Positions 50,031 to 63,010 of a DNA stretch of 64,000 bases are shown in pieces. This DNA is from Okamejei kenojei. Its lineage: Eukaryota. A program made the translations under genes and the position numbers. Below the pieces are notes generated by a model. It worked only from the letters and a program-made list of their open reading frames with translations. It did not search any database and was not told the DNA's origin. Position 1 is the stretch's first letter. Each line of letters begins with the position of its first letter. The stretch is taken from positions 10,044,001 to 10,108,000 of the forward strand of contig CM069143.1 of NCBI GenBank assembly GCA_035221665.1. Reading direction: 5' to 3'.

Positions 50031-50160
50031 GTTTTAAAGAAGGAACTGCAGATGCTGGAGAATCGAGGGTACACAAAAAGCTGGAGAAACTCAGCGGGTG
50101 CAGCAGCATCTAAGGAGCGAAGGAGATAGGCGACGTTTCGGGCCGAGACCCTTCTTCAGA
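50031..50160 (-). mobile_element. Young Penelope-like short insertion with intact minimal hammerhead core
   Basis: Minus strand tCTGAAGAagggtctcggcccGAAACGTCgcc; TSD acaggctcagtatgcaga at 50013-50030 and 50160-50177. Confidence 0.8.
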
Positions 50161-50705
50161 CAGGCTCAGTATGCAGATTAGCTCTCAGGGAACTTCAGAG
50201 CCGAGTGTTGCTGCAACATTATTTTGAGAGAGCGTCTTGCAATTGCACTTGAGCTCTTTAACAAAATGTCAACGTTACTGATCAACGCACATCTAAAGTG
50301 AACATTTTGAAATGTTTAAAACGTGTAAACTCCATTAGCTTGCTTGTACTTTCATGTGCCTTTAATTTCTAGGATATTATATTCTTGAGAGATTCTGTGC
50401 CCTTCAGTTTCCGCAACTCGATTAAGAGTGTCTTTTTTATATGCAGTAACAGCAAAGAGAACTTTCAGAATAGAGCCATATATTTTACAATTACTTTTAT
50501 TCTCTTTTTAATTATTTCAGCCTCTCCTTTCATTGTTGCCAGTGTAACCCATTTTTTCCTGTTCTGTTCCCAAAAGGTCAATAAATGAAGATAATCACTA
50601 GGATCCACTCGGATCCAATGCAGCGCCCCAGAGAATCCAGAACAGCAATTACTTCTTTATTTAACTGTGTTGCCCTCCAAATGATCCAGCAGAAATAGGC
50701 CCTCT

Positions 50706-51182
50706 ATGATTCTGCACCTTTCAAATAGTGATTGACTCATTTGTATTTCACACCACTTATCTGCGTTTAATGCTTAATCTCACAGATAAGCAGCATTTAT
50801 CTTCGTCCCAGTCTTGCAAGCTCTTTTGGAAAAGATCATTCTGAATTTCAGTCACTGTTTGTATAAAGAAGTGCTTCCTGATTTTGCTCCCGAATGCTCT
50901 GACTGTCCCACGTCCTGGATTCCCCAAGGGGGAGGGTAGTACCGGAAAATGTTTAAATTGCCAGCAAAGTCTTTGATGTTGAAGGTGACAAGTTCAGATT
51001 GACTGTGGCTTTGAACCTACAAACATTACAGCACAATGAACCAACTCAAATCAAGATGTGGACCATCTAACAGAAATCAAGCTCGCAATGATTCTGCACC
51101 ATTCAAGTAGTGATTGGCTTATCTGTATTTCAACTGCATTTATCTGCCTTTAATTCTTAATCCCACAAATAGATTCCATTTA
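50706..51182. repeat. Diverged direct repeat pair of about 95 bp
   Basis: atgattctgcacc(t/a)ttcaa(a/g)tagtgattg...ttatctgc.tttaat.cttaatc.caca at 50706-50799 and 51088-51182. Confidence 0.75.
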
Positions 51183-51630
51183 GTCAAGTCAAGTCACTTT
51201 TATTTAAAAACAACTCTCGTTGACCAAAGTGCTTTACATTGGTGGAGGTACTAACGTTATACAACATTGGTTCACAGATTAAGTACATACATAAATACAT
51301 GCATATAGCCCTCCCTCAGAGGACGTCAAGAAAGGCTTGAGAGTAAAGATGGGTTTTAAGTCTCGACTTAAAATAGTCGATGGAGGGGACAGTTCTGATG
51401 GGAAGAGGGATGCTGTTCCACAGTCTAGGAGCTGCAACCGCAAATGCGCGGTCACCCCTGAGCTTCTGCCTAGACTGCGGGATGTTCAGTAACCCCAGGT
51501 TGGGCGATCTGAGGGACCTGGAGGTGGTGTGGTGGGTAAGCAGACTTTTGATGTAGGTGGGGGCAAGCCCGTTAAGGGCTTTGTAAACAAAAATAAGGAT
51601 CTTGAAATTTATTCGGAACCGCACAGGGAT
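51182..51630 (-). mobile_element. L2 LINE 3' fragment, low divergence
   Basis: Uninterrupted RINFKILIFVYKALNGLAP.Y...RSLRS...GDRAFAVAAPRLWNSIP...FKSRLKTHL; tail aagcactttggtcaac...aataaaagtgacttgacttgact. Confidence 0.92.
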
Positions 51631-51654
51631 CCGTGATCCGGGATCCGGGACGTG

Positions 51655-52760
51655 CTACAGCCATGGTTCACAGGGAAGCCATTCTGCCCTTTGAATGTGT
51701 TGATGCAGCTCGTTTTACCAGCCCTCCATCTATTCCTCAGAGTCCCACAAAAACTTTTTTTTCAAGTAATGATTAAGTTCCCTTTTGAGATGCCCAATTG
51801 CTGCATACAACATTTTTACGTATGTCATCGTTAGCTCTTTTGCCAATTTGATTCTTGGTCTCCAACCATCTCAATCTTTTACTATCACACCTCTCTTTAC
51901 CCTTCATTGCATTAAACTTTCTCACCAGAAAAAACATCTGCCTATTCTGTCTAAGGACTTTACATCGTTTGTAAGGTGTGTAGCCCATACTATATGTGGT
52001 CAAGTGTGAGCAAAACCAATGCTTTAATAAATGTCATCATAACTTGCTCACATTTGCCCTCGATGCTTTTATTTGTGTGTGTTTAACTGCTTTGTTAACC
52101 TGTCCATCTACCCTTAAATACTTACCCTTGATATTGCACTTTCATCCCTAGTTCTTACTGATCATGTGTTAAATGTGTTCAATTTTATATGCCACATTTG
52201 CCCACCTCACTAAACTCATTTTGTCATAAAGTCTATCACTATCCTACTCGCTTCCATGAATTGTATATTCTGTAAACATTGAGACGCCTCTAGTTCACCC
52301 AAATTGTTGTCGATGTATACTTGGAAAACACATGTCCTGGGATTGACTCTTGAGAATCATCGCTGCACCCTGCCTCCAGAACAGAAAAACAACTTTCATG
52401 TTTCTAAACCAGTTCCCAGTCCATTGTGCCCCTTTTATTTTATTTTGCTGACAAGCCTGTTATGTGGTAATTCAATAAAGTAGACCACATACATCACATC
52501 AACTATATCATCTTCATTAATCCTCCAGTTAACTCATCAAACAACTCAAATACATTATCTTTTACAGACCCCATGTTGGATTATGTTAATTAATTCATGC
52601 TTATCCAACTTTTATCCACATTATTGTTTTGAAAAGTTTTTCCATCAGCAGATTTGTTTTTTGTTGCTAATTTATACTTACTTCCTTTTTCAACTTGGTT
52701 CTGACATTTGTAATTCTCTGACACTACCTCTATCTCTCAGATGCATTGAAGGACTATGAC
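51655..52760 (-). mobile_element. Ancient CR1-like remnant
   Basis: Eroded CR1-like blocks (acaagcctgttatgtggta, tcctccagttaactcatcaaacaactc); no ORF. Confidence 0.45.
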
Positions 52761-52834
52761 GGGTACCTTTACCGTTATGTGATAATATGTGAATGCAAAT
52801 TACTCACTAGATTGTTTTTAAAGATTAGAGTGTA

Positions 52835-53146
52835 GAGGAACAGCATAGAAATAGGCCGTTTAACCCACTGAGTCCATGTGACCCATCAATCACCCATCGG
52901 TACTAGTTCTATGTTATCCCACTTTCTCATTCACTCACTACACACGAGGGGCAGTTTAATTGAGGCCAATTAACGTACAAACCCGCACGTCTTTGGGATG
53001 TGGGAAGAAACCCCAGCACCCGGAGGAAACCCACTTGGTCACAGGGAGAATGTGCAAATTTCACACAGGCAGTATCAGTAGTTAAGATTGAACCTGGGAG
53101 CTGTGAGCCATCAGCTGTACCAGCTGCGCCACTGTGCCACCCTTGC
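52835..53146 (-). mobile_element. V-SINE
   Basis: gtctttgggatgtgggaagaaaccccagcacccggaggaaacccac V-domain; gcgccactgtgccacc head. Confidence 0.8.
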
Positions 53147-54932
53147 GCCACTGCTAAAGTTAACTAAATAGGCAAGGTACACTCCTGGGGACCAAAAGAT
53201 TTAAAAAAACAAGGATTACGTGCTCATTGTTATGTCTTTTGTGATGCATGAGAAATTCATAATTAGCATGAGTCTCTTAGCAAAATCACTGACCTTATCA
53301 GGTAGAAACTGAGAAAAGAATTCTGTAGTTCCTTTTGAAAGGGCAATAAGTCTGAATCCAAAATTGAATGGGGAAAAATGGGCAACAGGGAAAGAATGAG
53401 AAAAACTTGGTTTAAATTGGGCACATTTTGTGTTGTGTTAAAAATCACTGGAAAGAGTTAACATCACTTTTTTTGCAGCATACAATCTGTGACTTTTTTT
53501 CAGTTCTTTAGTAGAGTGAGTAAAGAATGGACATATGGAAGTAGCTTCCTCCAGAGGTACAGCGGGCACAGTTTGTTTCTCATTTTGCATGTTGGCACAG
53601 TGGCAATCAGCTCCCAGGGANNNNNNNNNNNNNNNNNNNNNNNNNNNNNNNNNNNNNNNNNNNNNNNNNNNNNNNNNNNNNNNNNNNNNNNNNNNNNNNN
53701 NNNNNNNNNNNNNNNNNNNNNNNNNNNNNNNNNNNNNNNNNNNNNNNNNNNNNNNNNNNNNNNNNNNGACTTGTAAGTTTTTGGCCTCATTTTTGAGCAT
53801 GTTTTTTATATTACATTGTTTGATAGAGTGGTTAGATTACTGAAATAACAAAATGGTACAAGTAAGATGCCGTGCGCCTCTTAATGTTATCTGATTGTGG
53901 GGTGTTGACATTCAGCTAAACAAAATGCAGCTACATAATAAGCTAACGGGAAGCACCTGTGCTTCTTCAGGAAAGAGCTCTTCTCAATTTTGACAATGCA
54001 AATTCACGTGCAACAAAAGGAGAAAATGTGTTTTATTCATCCTGAGGGAACCTTGGATCTCTTGTTAAGTTCGCCTCATGGAAAATAAGCACTATGTGCC
54101 TCAAATCTCAAAGGTTATCAGCTTTAGTGCAGTGATACATTTACTGTAGATCCCTTTCCAAAACAAAGCAGATGAAAATATCACAAACGGCACTGCACAA
54201 AGCTTTGCTTTCCAGGTGAGCACAGTTAGCCAGAGCCTTTGCCTTTCATCGCTCTTGGAAGTTGTAAATTTGCTTCAGAGTAATGGAAAGGTTACAACAG
54301 TAAGTTGGCAGTTCGAGATATGTTTTCAGTTTTCATCATTATTTTCTCAGAAGCACATTAGCACCGAGGGCTGGCAGGTGTTCTGGTCGACTGTGAATGT
54401 TTATTTGGCACAACAACAGAAATCTGCCAAGAAGATGGCTTGGGATAAAGCAGTAGTGATAGTGGGAATCTCAGTCTTATCTGACAAGATTTACGTACAA
54501 CATTAAAGCAGACGCTGAACACATATCAGTTTATATTCTCTTAAATGCATACCTTCATGAAACAATAACACTGCAATGTTTAATTGTACAATATTCACCT
54601 AGAGAGCAACATGTTTTAGCGTATAAGCACCCTGCACTCTTGTTATCAGTATGGAAGCCATGCATTTTTGATTCCTGCCACCAATGAAAAACCAAATGTA
54701 CTTATGAAATGGATATATATTTGTCAACTAGAAGCAGCTCAAGTAATTGCTAAACCTTAAAAGATCTTGGGTTCTCTGAATAAGTACATATTTAATGCAT
54801 GAAAAAGAAAGGTAATTGACATAAAACTTGTTTCTGTCTCCAAAATGTCACAAAGTCCCATGCTCATGCTCCAGCTTCCACGCAGCGACAAACTGTTTCA
54901 GTAAGCATGGCTATTTTTCCCCATCACAGACA

Positions 54933-55030
54933 CCTCCTCCATTGCAACAGTGACCACATCTCAAAAGTACCTAATTGGTTTGGGAGTGCTTTGTGATCTT
55001 CTGGAGTTGCAAAAGGTATATAATAATTAT
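54933..55030 (+). mobile_element. Ancient DeuSINE (SacSINE1/AmnSINE1-like) 3' remnant
   Basis: cattgcaacagtgaccacatctcaaaagtacctaattggtttgggagtgctttgtgat resembles the recalled tail acattacaacagtgactacacttcaaaagtacttcattggctgtaaagcgctttgggac. Confidence 0.55.
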
Positions 55031-55710
55031 TAATAGCTTTTTGTATGGACCCACTGGAGATAGCATTTTGGGAATTCTGAAGCACAGTTTCCCAGTCAGT
55101 CGCTGAAATAGGTGTAACCATTCACACCATTATTGGGAGAGGGGTTGAGGAGCTCATGGCTGTGCCAGGAATTCTGACTGAAAAGCTGTAGGGTGAATAG
55201 ATCATCAGATCTGCCCTGCTCAGAATTATTTTGCACTGTGATTCCCAAATCGTTCATAATCACAACCTCCTGGTTATGACAGGAGGAAGAGTTCATTGCG
55301 AACCCTATCATTGTCATGATCACGACCACCTGTTTGGCTGTATCCAATCCCAACTCCTCTCCAAACCTACCTGAGGCTGATGCACAGAGCTGGGTTGGAG
55401 ATGGGATGGCTCATATTGAACATACATGTGAGGATTGAGGATTATTTCCTACTGATTCTCTGGCCTCTCATCAGCATGGGCCCATCACAAAACGTCCCAT
55501 TATTTCCAGAGGTAAATGGATACTCGGGCCAGCTGAGGAATCCAGCCATGCATCCAATATTAATCAAACATCCTCCCGCTACCCAGACACATGGCATTGT
55601 CCATCAAGTACATTTACCCATTACATTTTTCAAGGAAAGTGAACTTATTCTTAGATCAATTTTTCTGGTTTGTAATTTGCTTTTAAGATCCACGTTTTAA
55701 AAATTATCTT

Positions 55711-56112
55711 CAAGATTCAAGAGAGTTTATTGTCATGTGTCCCAGATAGGACAATGAAATTCTTGCTTTGCTTCAGCACAACAGAATATAGACGGCATGA
55801 ATACAGAACATGATCAGTGTGTCCATATACCATTGTATAAATATATACACACATGAATAAATAAAACAGATAAAGTGCAAATAAACAGATAATGAGCTAT
55901 TAATGTTCAGAGTTTTGTTTCAGTTGAGTTCAATAACCTGATGGCTGTGGGGAAGAAGCTGTTTCTGAACCTGGACATTGCAGTCTTCAGGCTCCTGTAC
56001 CTTCTACCTGAAGGTAGCGGGGAGATGAGTGTGTGGCCAGGATGGTGTGGGTCCTTGATGATGCTGCCAGCCTTTTTGAGGCAGCGACTGTGATAGATCC
56101 CCTCGATGGTAG
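55711..56112 (-). mobile_element. Rex1/Babar 3' fragment
   Basis: SRCLKKAGSIIKDPHHPGHTLISPLPSGRRYRSLKT..SRFRNSFFPTAIRLLN, close to 47520-47700; tail tcaagattcaagagagtttattgtc. Confidence 0.9.
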
Positions 56113-57959
56113 TTTCCACTATGAATATAGAAATCCAGCTGGCAGCAATCAACAGTTTCCCACCTTTCATCATGGTTAAGTTGATTGAAATGATCTGTTC
56201 TGAGAGGTTTGATTAACTGGGGTGCTGGGCTGGGCTGAGCTCCTTGTACATTCTGGGAAGGGTGGGCATCATTGTGAAAATGACAGGATGGCTTTCTACC
56301 CAATTGAAAGGGTAAATGTAGTTTCCCACCATTGAAATTTGCCATTTTCCCCCCATTCTGGGAAATTTTAACCAATATATTTTCATCCTGTTCAAGGTTA
56401 GTTACATCGCCTAACAGATGTGAAAATATACATTTTGCATCTGCCCCACAAAAGTAAAGTGAACTTCTGTTTTTAAGCTTTTATTGATATGATTACTGTA
56501 TAAAGGAGGTAATTTCTAGGTTACAGTTCACATAACCCTGCTGAATTGAACAGCAGAGCTATGATATGAAATTAATGATTTACATACCTTGCATGCCAAA
56601 AGACACCTGCCTACAAATATACTTTGTGTTTAACTGCTCCTAAAAATCTTTCATGCAGCCATAAAATATATATTGTGTGTGATTTTTTTTTTCTTATTCT
56701 GATGCACAGAAGCACATAGATCAGTTGGCAGCAACACCACATGACAAACTTTGCAGCTTATGCCTTTCTATCAGTAGCAAAGGGCTGACCAAATACATAC
56801 CGGGTTTTCAGATTATGAAGTCATGTAACAGCAATTCATCAAGGTGTCAGCTAGGCTTGATCGGTGTTAGATATATTCGCTATTTAGCCAAGAAATATGC
56901 CTGAATAGATTAAGGTTTAATTAATGTGTTGGGTCCTTTTCAGACTGATAACTACTATTTAAAATTATATTTTAAATCTTGGGGAGACAAAAAATAATTA
57001 AAAGCCAGCACAGCGTGTTTCTATTTATAATAAAGATATCAGGTAATGGTCCAAATGTAATGCAGCCTTTGTTTTAGTGCCACAGTTCACATAGCTACTG
57101 TTAAATGGTAATGTTCAAATCCTGGTCCTAAATAAAAAGTAAATGGGTCGCATGGTCTTGAATTTACGTAAAACCCAATCGTGTGAATCCTAATACAACA
57201 CACTTTTGTTTTACTAGCAAAAAACTACAGAAGCAATAGATAATAAATCAGTAAATCTGTTTCATGTGAATGCGTTCCATGGAAAAGAAAATTGTTGCAA
57301 ACGTGTACTTGAAAGCTGCTGGATGATGTTTATTTACTGGAATGGATTTGTTTATGTGATTATGCTGCAATTTTTGTAAAGCATTGGTGTGAAAATTTCT
57401 ATGATGGTGTGCTACAAAATAATTTGTCTTTTTGCAGTTTGATGCACCATTTATTTAGGTAATAAGGACTTGAAAATATATTTTACTATATTAGAACATA
57501 AATTGAAGACAAATTGGATTACTGGGTAAATCTGCAATATTAACACCAAATGCTGAGCATTTTTATATATAGTTTATAACTTTGGGTCCTCATTTTGCTA
57601 CGAGGATACTTGCATTGCTCACAATATTTCTTATCGGCCTTTGTATTAGAAGTCCTTGTAGCCAATGCCTAGTGCGTTTTACAGCATCTGTGAGGACAAT
57701 ACGGGAAACAACTGCCTATATCTGTAACTAATCAAATTGAAGGACTTAAAAAGAACAGAGCATGTCTCAAATCAGAATATTTAATTCAATTCAAATTGGT
57801 ACAGCAAGTGAAATTAAAAAAGGAAAGAAAAATTGGATTGTTAGTGTTAAGAGAGTCCAAAAATATTAAAACTAATTAAAATATTTGACTACTGTTCTTC
57901 AATCCCGAAAGTAATTTTAATCTGGAGACATGAAGCCCTATAATTGATACTTTCCTCAG

Positions 57960-58560
57960 TCCATTTGTAGAAGTTTGTCAGAGTATATGGTGAACAAGCT
58001 GAATCTTCTTGAAATTGTCAGAAGTTAGAGGGGCTAACATGCCTTTTTCATGATTACATTGATGTGCTGGGCTCAGGACAGGTCAACTGGAATGTTAACG
58101 TTGAGGAATTTGATGCATCATTACCACTGACACACCAATGATAACTGTCTCAGGGACTCTTGACTTCCCTTTTCTGAAGTCACTGATTAGTTCCTTGGTT
58201 TTGTTGATGTTGAGCATCGCTCCTCGAGATGTTTTATTCTCTTTCCTGCACGCTGTGTCATCATCTGCGACTTGGCCAACACCAGTGGTGTCATCAGCAA
58301 CTGTATAAGATGTAATTGAAGCTGAGTTTAGACGCACAGTCATATGTGGAAAGTTAGTAGAGCAGAAGGCTAAGTACACAGCCCGAGGTGCACCTGTGTT
58401 AATGATTGAGGTCTGCCGATGAGGAAGTGAAGAATCCAGTTAGAGGGAGGTCTAGGGGCCCAGGTCGTGGACCATGGTGCTGAATTTGGAGACGGTGATT
58501 GTGTCAATGCCGAGATGTACTCAATGACAATGTGATATATGCATTCCTGTTGTCGAGATG
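57960..58560 (-). mobile_element. Degenerate Rex1-type RT fragment
   Basis: VADDTT, LNINKTKELI.DFRK and NWIL.FL.GRPQ motifs in short minus-strand ORFs. Confidence 0.7.
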
Positions 58561-61064
58561 CATCATATAGAATAGATCCACTAGCCAAGAACACAAGAAA
58601 ATGGGACCAGGATTAGGCCATCAAACAGCTCAAGCCATGTAATATGACCGTGGCTGATCTATGCTGACCTCAACCCCCTGTCATTAGCCTCAGCTGAATA
58701 ATGTAGTATTTACAGGAGCATGGCACCTTGGACAGCACCTTACTGATTTCTGGCTTTAACTGCATCTGTTTAGTTGCTGGATTTGTCATCTGATATATAT
58801 GGTAATAACACTGAGTGTTGATTGTCTCATAAATGTTTCTACCTCCGTTTTTGGCTGAAAAACCTTTGTTTTGCCCATCTCCCAATTTACACAGTTATTC
58901 TTCTTTCTGTTTAGATATTTTATTCATTTCATATAGTATTTTCCAGATTGAGAGATTGGGCAAGTGACTATATCTCAGAACCTTCTTCAAGAGATCTATC
59001 TGCGTAACAATGGATTCATTTGCTGGAAGATTTTTGTTTTTGTGTAGACTTGGATTGATTCACTCTCTGTGGAGACCAGTCTTACCCTGACGGCATGAGG
59101 ATCAGTCTAATCCATTGAGCAGCAACTCAATGGAGTGGGAATGGTGATTCAGATGCTAGATCGGTATAGCTGTTTGGGGATGGGAGAATGGCTTGAGAGA
59201 CCAAATTGGTAGTGATTTGGACAATGGGTTTGGAGGTAGATTTTTCACAGCAATGGTTAGTGGGTTGGGCATGTGAATAGTGGAAGGGGGATTGGTGAAG
59301 CTCAGAATCTGGTGGCATGGTGGTAAGGCACATAAGGACGAGCTGTTCTAACATTAAGCATTTGACTTAAAGGTGGCCCACAGGAGGCAGGTGTCAAGCA
59401 CCAAACACCAAGGCGTAAGACCCTTGAACCTGCTTCGGTAAGTCTCCTTTAAGTAAAAATGAGATGGGCTTCAAAGCATTGTTAAGGCCTGTACCTTCTT
59501 TTGACCATATATGCATGGTCCTAAATCACAGAAGTGACATGCAGGTGTGTGCTGCTCTTGCGTAGTCTGGGCTATGCATATTAGCCGTATGAATGTTTTG
59601 GGAAGAAAACAATATGGGACATGATAGAGCCTGCAGTAAGTAAAAACCTTTCCCTTGCAAATTAAATATTTTTATGTTGAAATTATAACATGCAGGATAG
59701 AAAAATGTACGCCAACCAAAGTCTGCATATTCTCATAAACTTCTCCAAGGGATGTTTAGCGTTGGTATAATGTTGTTAGGTGTTTTTAAATCCCCGAATG
59801 TATGCATGGAGACTTGAGTTTAAATTAAAATTAAAACTGGGACCTCCTTAAGGATTTTCTAATACCATGTAAATGCAATTGACTGTTTCATTCTATCAAG
59901 CCTCATTATGTGTTGTGTTATTAGCGGCTTGTAGAATTATTCATTAATATTTCACCATCTCAATAGCCAATGTATGATTTACAATCTCAAGATAGGGGAA
60001 ATACATTAGACTTCTTTAAATTAAAATCTGTATTATTAATTATTGTAAACATTTATGAATATTCTTATTTATTTTTTCTAAGGGTTCTAGTTGGTTACGT
60101 CAAAAACTTTATATTACTCTATTTCTGCTTTGACTGCACCCCAAGGTGTTTTTCCTAGTATATTTAGTGAGGCAGAGCAAACATATTCCCAATATGTTGG
60201 TCATTAGAAGGTGTCATGGGCGTTCAAGATTTTGTGGATTGTGAAAAGATCAACATCAAGATGTAAGTGTTACTAGGAAGATGCTTATACCTAATTATAC
60301 ATGCTTTAATGGTAAAGAGGGCTTATGTAAGTTATTTGGTTATAGTCCTTGCTCACTACAGCTTGCTCTCAAATTGAATGAGTGTACAAGTGAAAAACTG
60401 TCTCTGATAAACTGGACATCGTGTACTGGGTCCATATTGTGCAATAAAGCAGTGTTTGCTTGTACGCTCATTGCAATAAATAACACAAAGTATCAAGTTA
60501 AGAGGTTGAACAACCACAAAAGTGATTAATGTTGATTGTTCATTAAGCATCGATGGCACTGCTTGGCTATAATCAGATTAGTTGTGCAATAGAGTGCATT
60601 TGTTCTGCAGTCTGATTGTTTCGCCATCAGCGAGTCAAAGTGTCATGTTGCCCGTGACTCTGGATACGTTTTGCCATTTTTTAAATTAAATCTAGTAAAA
60701 CCATCAATATGAATTGTAACTAGTAAAACTAAAGCAATGCACTGTAACAGGAACGAGATGTCACAACATTTTGGTCTCAATTAAACTCTGACCAGGCAAG
60801 GATGCACCATCTCTGACTGTAAAGGCATCCTCAGCTTTGCATTATAGCTCTGATTTTCCAGAACTGTCCAAATTCTCCCCAGTCAGGGCAAACTTTACCA
60901 GCGTCTTGCCCAGCAATCTCTGAGGAAGGCCTAATCCGATTTAAGTGATTGTTGGGCTGTAGACAAGTGGACCATAAGCTTGAAGAAGACATTCCTGCCC
61001 TTATTGGAATTTAATCTCTGAAGGAAGGTTGGGGAGAAGGTGGAGAAGGGGTGGTATTCAAGGT

Positions 61065-61266
61065 GTTATCATCCTTACTTTTTTGCATATCCTTCATTTA
61101 TTTGTTCTATTCTCTCTATATCACGCCTATATCTCTTGTTTCTCTTTCCCCTGACTCTCTTCTTCAGACTGAAGAAGGGTCTCGACCCAAAACATCACCT
61201 ATTCCTTTTCTCCAGAGATACTCTCTGACCCGCGAGTTACTCCAATGTTTTTGTGTCTATCTTCGA
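61065..61266 (+). mobile_element. Penelope-like repeat with hammerhead-like core
   Basis: cttcttcagactgaagaagggtctcgacccaaaacatcacc; upstream part shared with 63670-63895. Confidence 0.7.
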
Positions 61267-62920
61267 CATTAACACAGGCCAGGTTGTAGCAATAACCCCT
61301 TTGCCTGTGACAGGTAATTCTGCAAATATTTATTCGATGGAATTAAATAAAACTGCTTCCATGCCACTTGCCAACCGTTATATGCTACTATTAAATTAAA
61401 ATTAACAAGGGAGACCCATATATGTAGCTCGGTCAGAAATGTATTAATGTAATGAAAAATTATCACACAAACAAACCAGTTTAATAATAATCACATTTTT
61501 ATTCGATTATCACAAAATGGGATACAAGATGGAGTGTGGTGGGGGTAGGGGTGATTGTGGGCAGTCTTTTCAGAATTAATTCCAGAAAACTCTGGAAACC
61601 TTAGTTGATCAGTTAGAAATAGTTAATGTATGCCACGAGCATAACTAGAAACCTAAGCATCCTTCAGATTAAAAAATATGCTGCTAATTTTAAATGAAGC
61701 TAAATATTCATTTACCAGTATGCAAGCACTACCAGTGGTCTATTCATGCCGAAAGAGTGCTCCTCTGGTAGATGGAAAACAAGGAATGTCTCTGCTTATC
61801 TTCGGGAATCTTTAACTTAAAATGTACACAATTCATCTGGGATATGTTGGTTATCAGAGGAAAAATTAAAATTGAAGTCTCTGCCGACTGCTCTTTTCCA
61901 TATATATTCTACTCGGATTCATTATAGATTAACAAGAGATTATAACTATTGAGTTAACTGGCGTTACTTAAAATTCTTGTTTGTAGACAAACTAGGTGAA
62001 GAAGAATATTAGGCGACTTTCACTTAACAAATTATTTTTAGGGCAAAGTGCCAATGATAGATGATTAATTCTTATTATATTTCAAATAACCCTTTATATA
62101 CAAGGGCTTTAGCTGAGTGAATTGGACATTTAGTGTTAGTATCATTATAAAATATGTTTATCCATGTGAGGTCTAGTGAAGGTTAAAGATGTACTTTTTT
62201 TTCTGTTTGTTGAAGCACTCAGCGTTGCAGGTAATTGCCTGTTCATTTGGTTGTAAAGAACTCAAAATATAACACCATTCCCTTTGGACAAGTACATCAT
62301 GGAGCATATTATTCACTTTGTGATATCAGAATTATTGTGGTCAGAGATTATGCATAGAGGCCAGTAATTCAGAGTCTGTAAAAGCTCTGTCTGTTTAGAA
62401 ATTGAACAACAGTGGAATTACATTCACAATAGGGCAGTCTGAATCCTAGGTGTTATTGTGCTCTTTTATGCTTATCTCAAGAACAGCTGTGTATTTCTCA
62501 AACTGTTCCTTCCTGGCTGCATGAGAGTCTTCATTATTTAAAAACAAGAAGTTCAAATTCTTTCAGTTGTCATTAAGAAGAGAACTATGCTCGGGTTTAT
62601 AATGACCATTAAGTCCTACCGATTGAAACAGCTCAGTCAGAATTTCTCCATTACACTAGATGATGTGAAATGATTGTATTTCATTGAACCTTTTCCTTTG
62701 TTCCACTAGTTTGTCAAAGTGCACGGGTCAGAATTTTTTTACAGGCTTTTAAATTCTGCTTCCTGCTTGGAAAGAGTCCATATTTCTGGATTTATGGATT
62801 GATTAGTAGATTACTTCGTTTGCTCTCTCCTCACAAAATGTTCAAGTTGCAATGATAACACTGTTTTCCTTTGAATGAGGAAGCCGTTAATATTTATCTC
62901 TGTTTCTGCGAACTTATCAG

Positions 62921-63010
62921 ATCTTAAATGCATAGATTGGGGCTGGGACACCTTTGAGGATCAAGGCAGTCTCGAGTTTAAGTTTGTTGTGGGTTTCCAT
63001 AAGTTATCTG
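62921..63010 (+). other. Candidate 90-nt symmetric (phase 1-1) exon, product unrecognised
   Basis: Acceptor tttatctctgtttctgcgaacttatcag, donor G|GTAAGT, open frame LKCIDWGWDTFEDQGSLEFKFVVGFHKLS. Confidence 0.25.

Noticed and set aside
59360-60270. Isolated GTAAGT donors at about 59438 and 60263
   Set aside because: No convincing acceptor and frame pairing, and no recognisable peptide.
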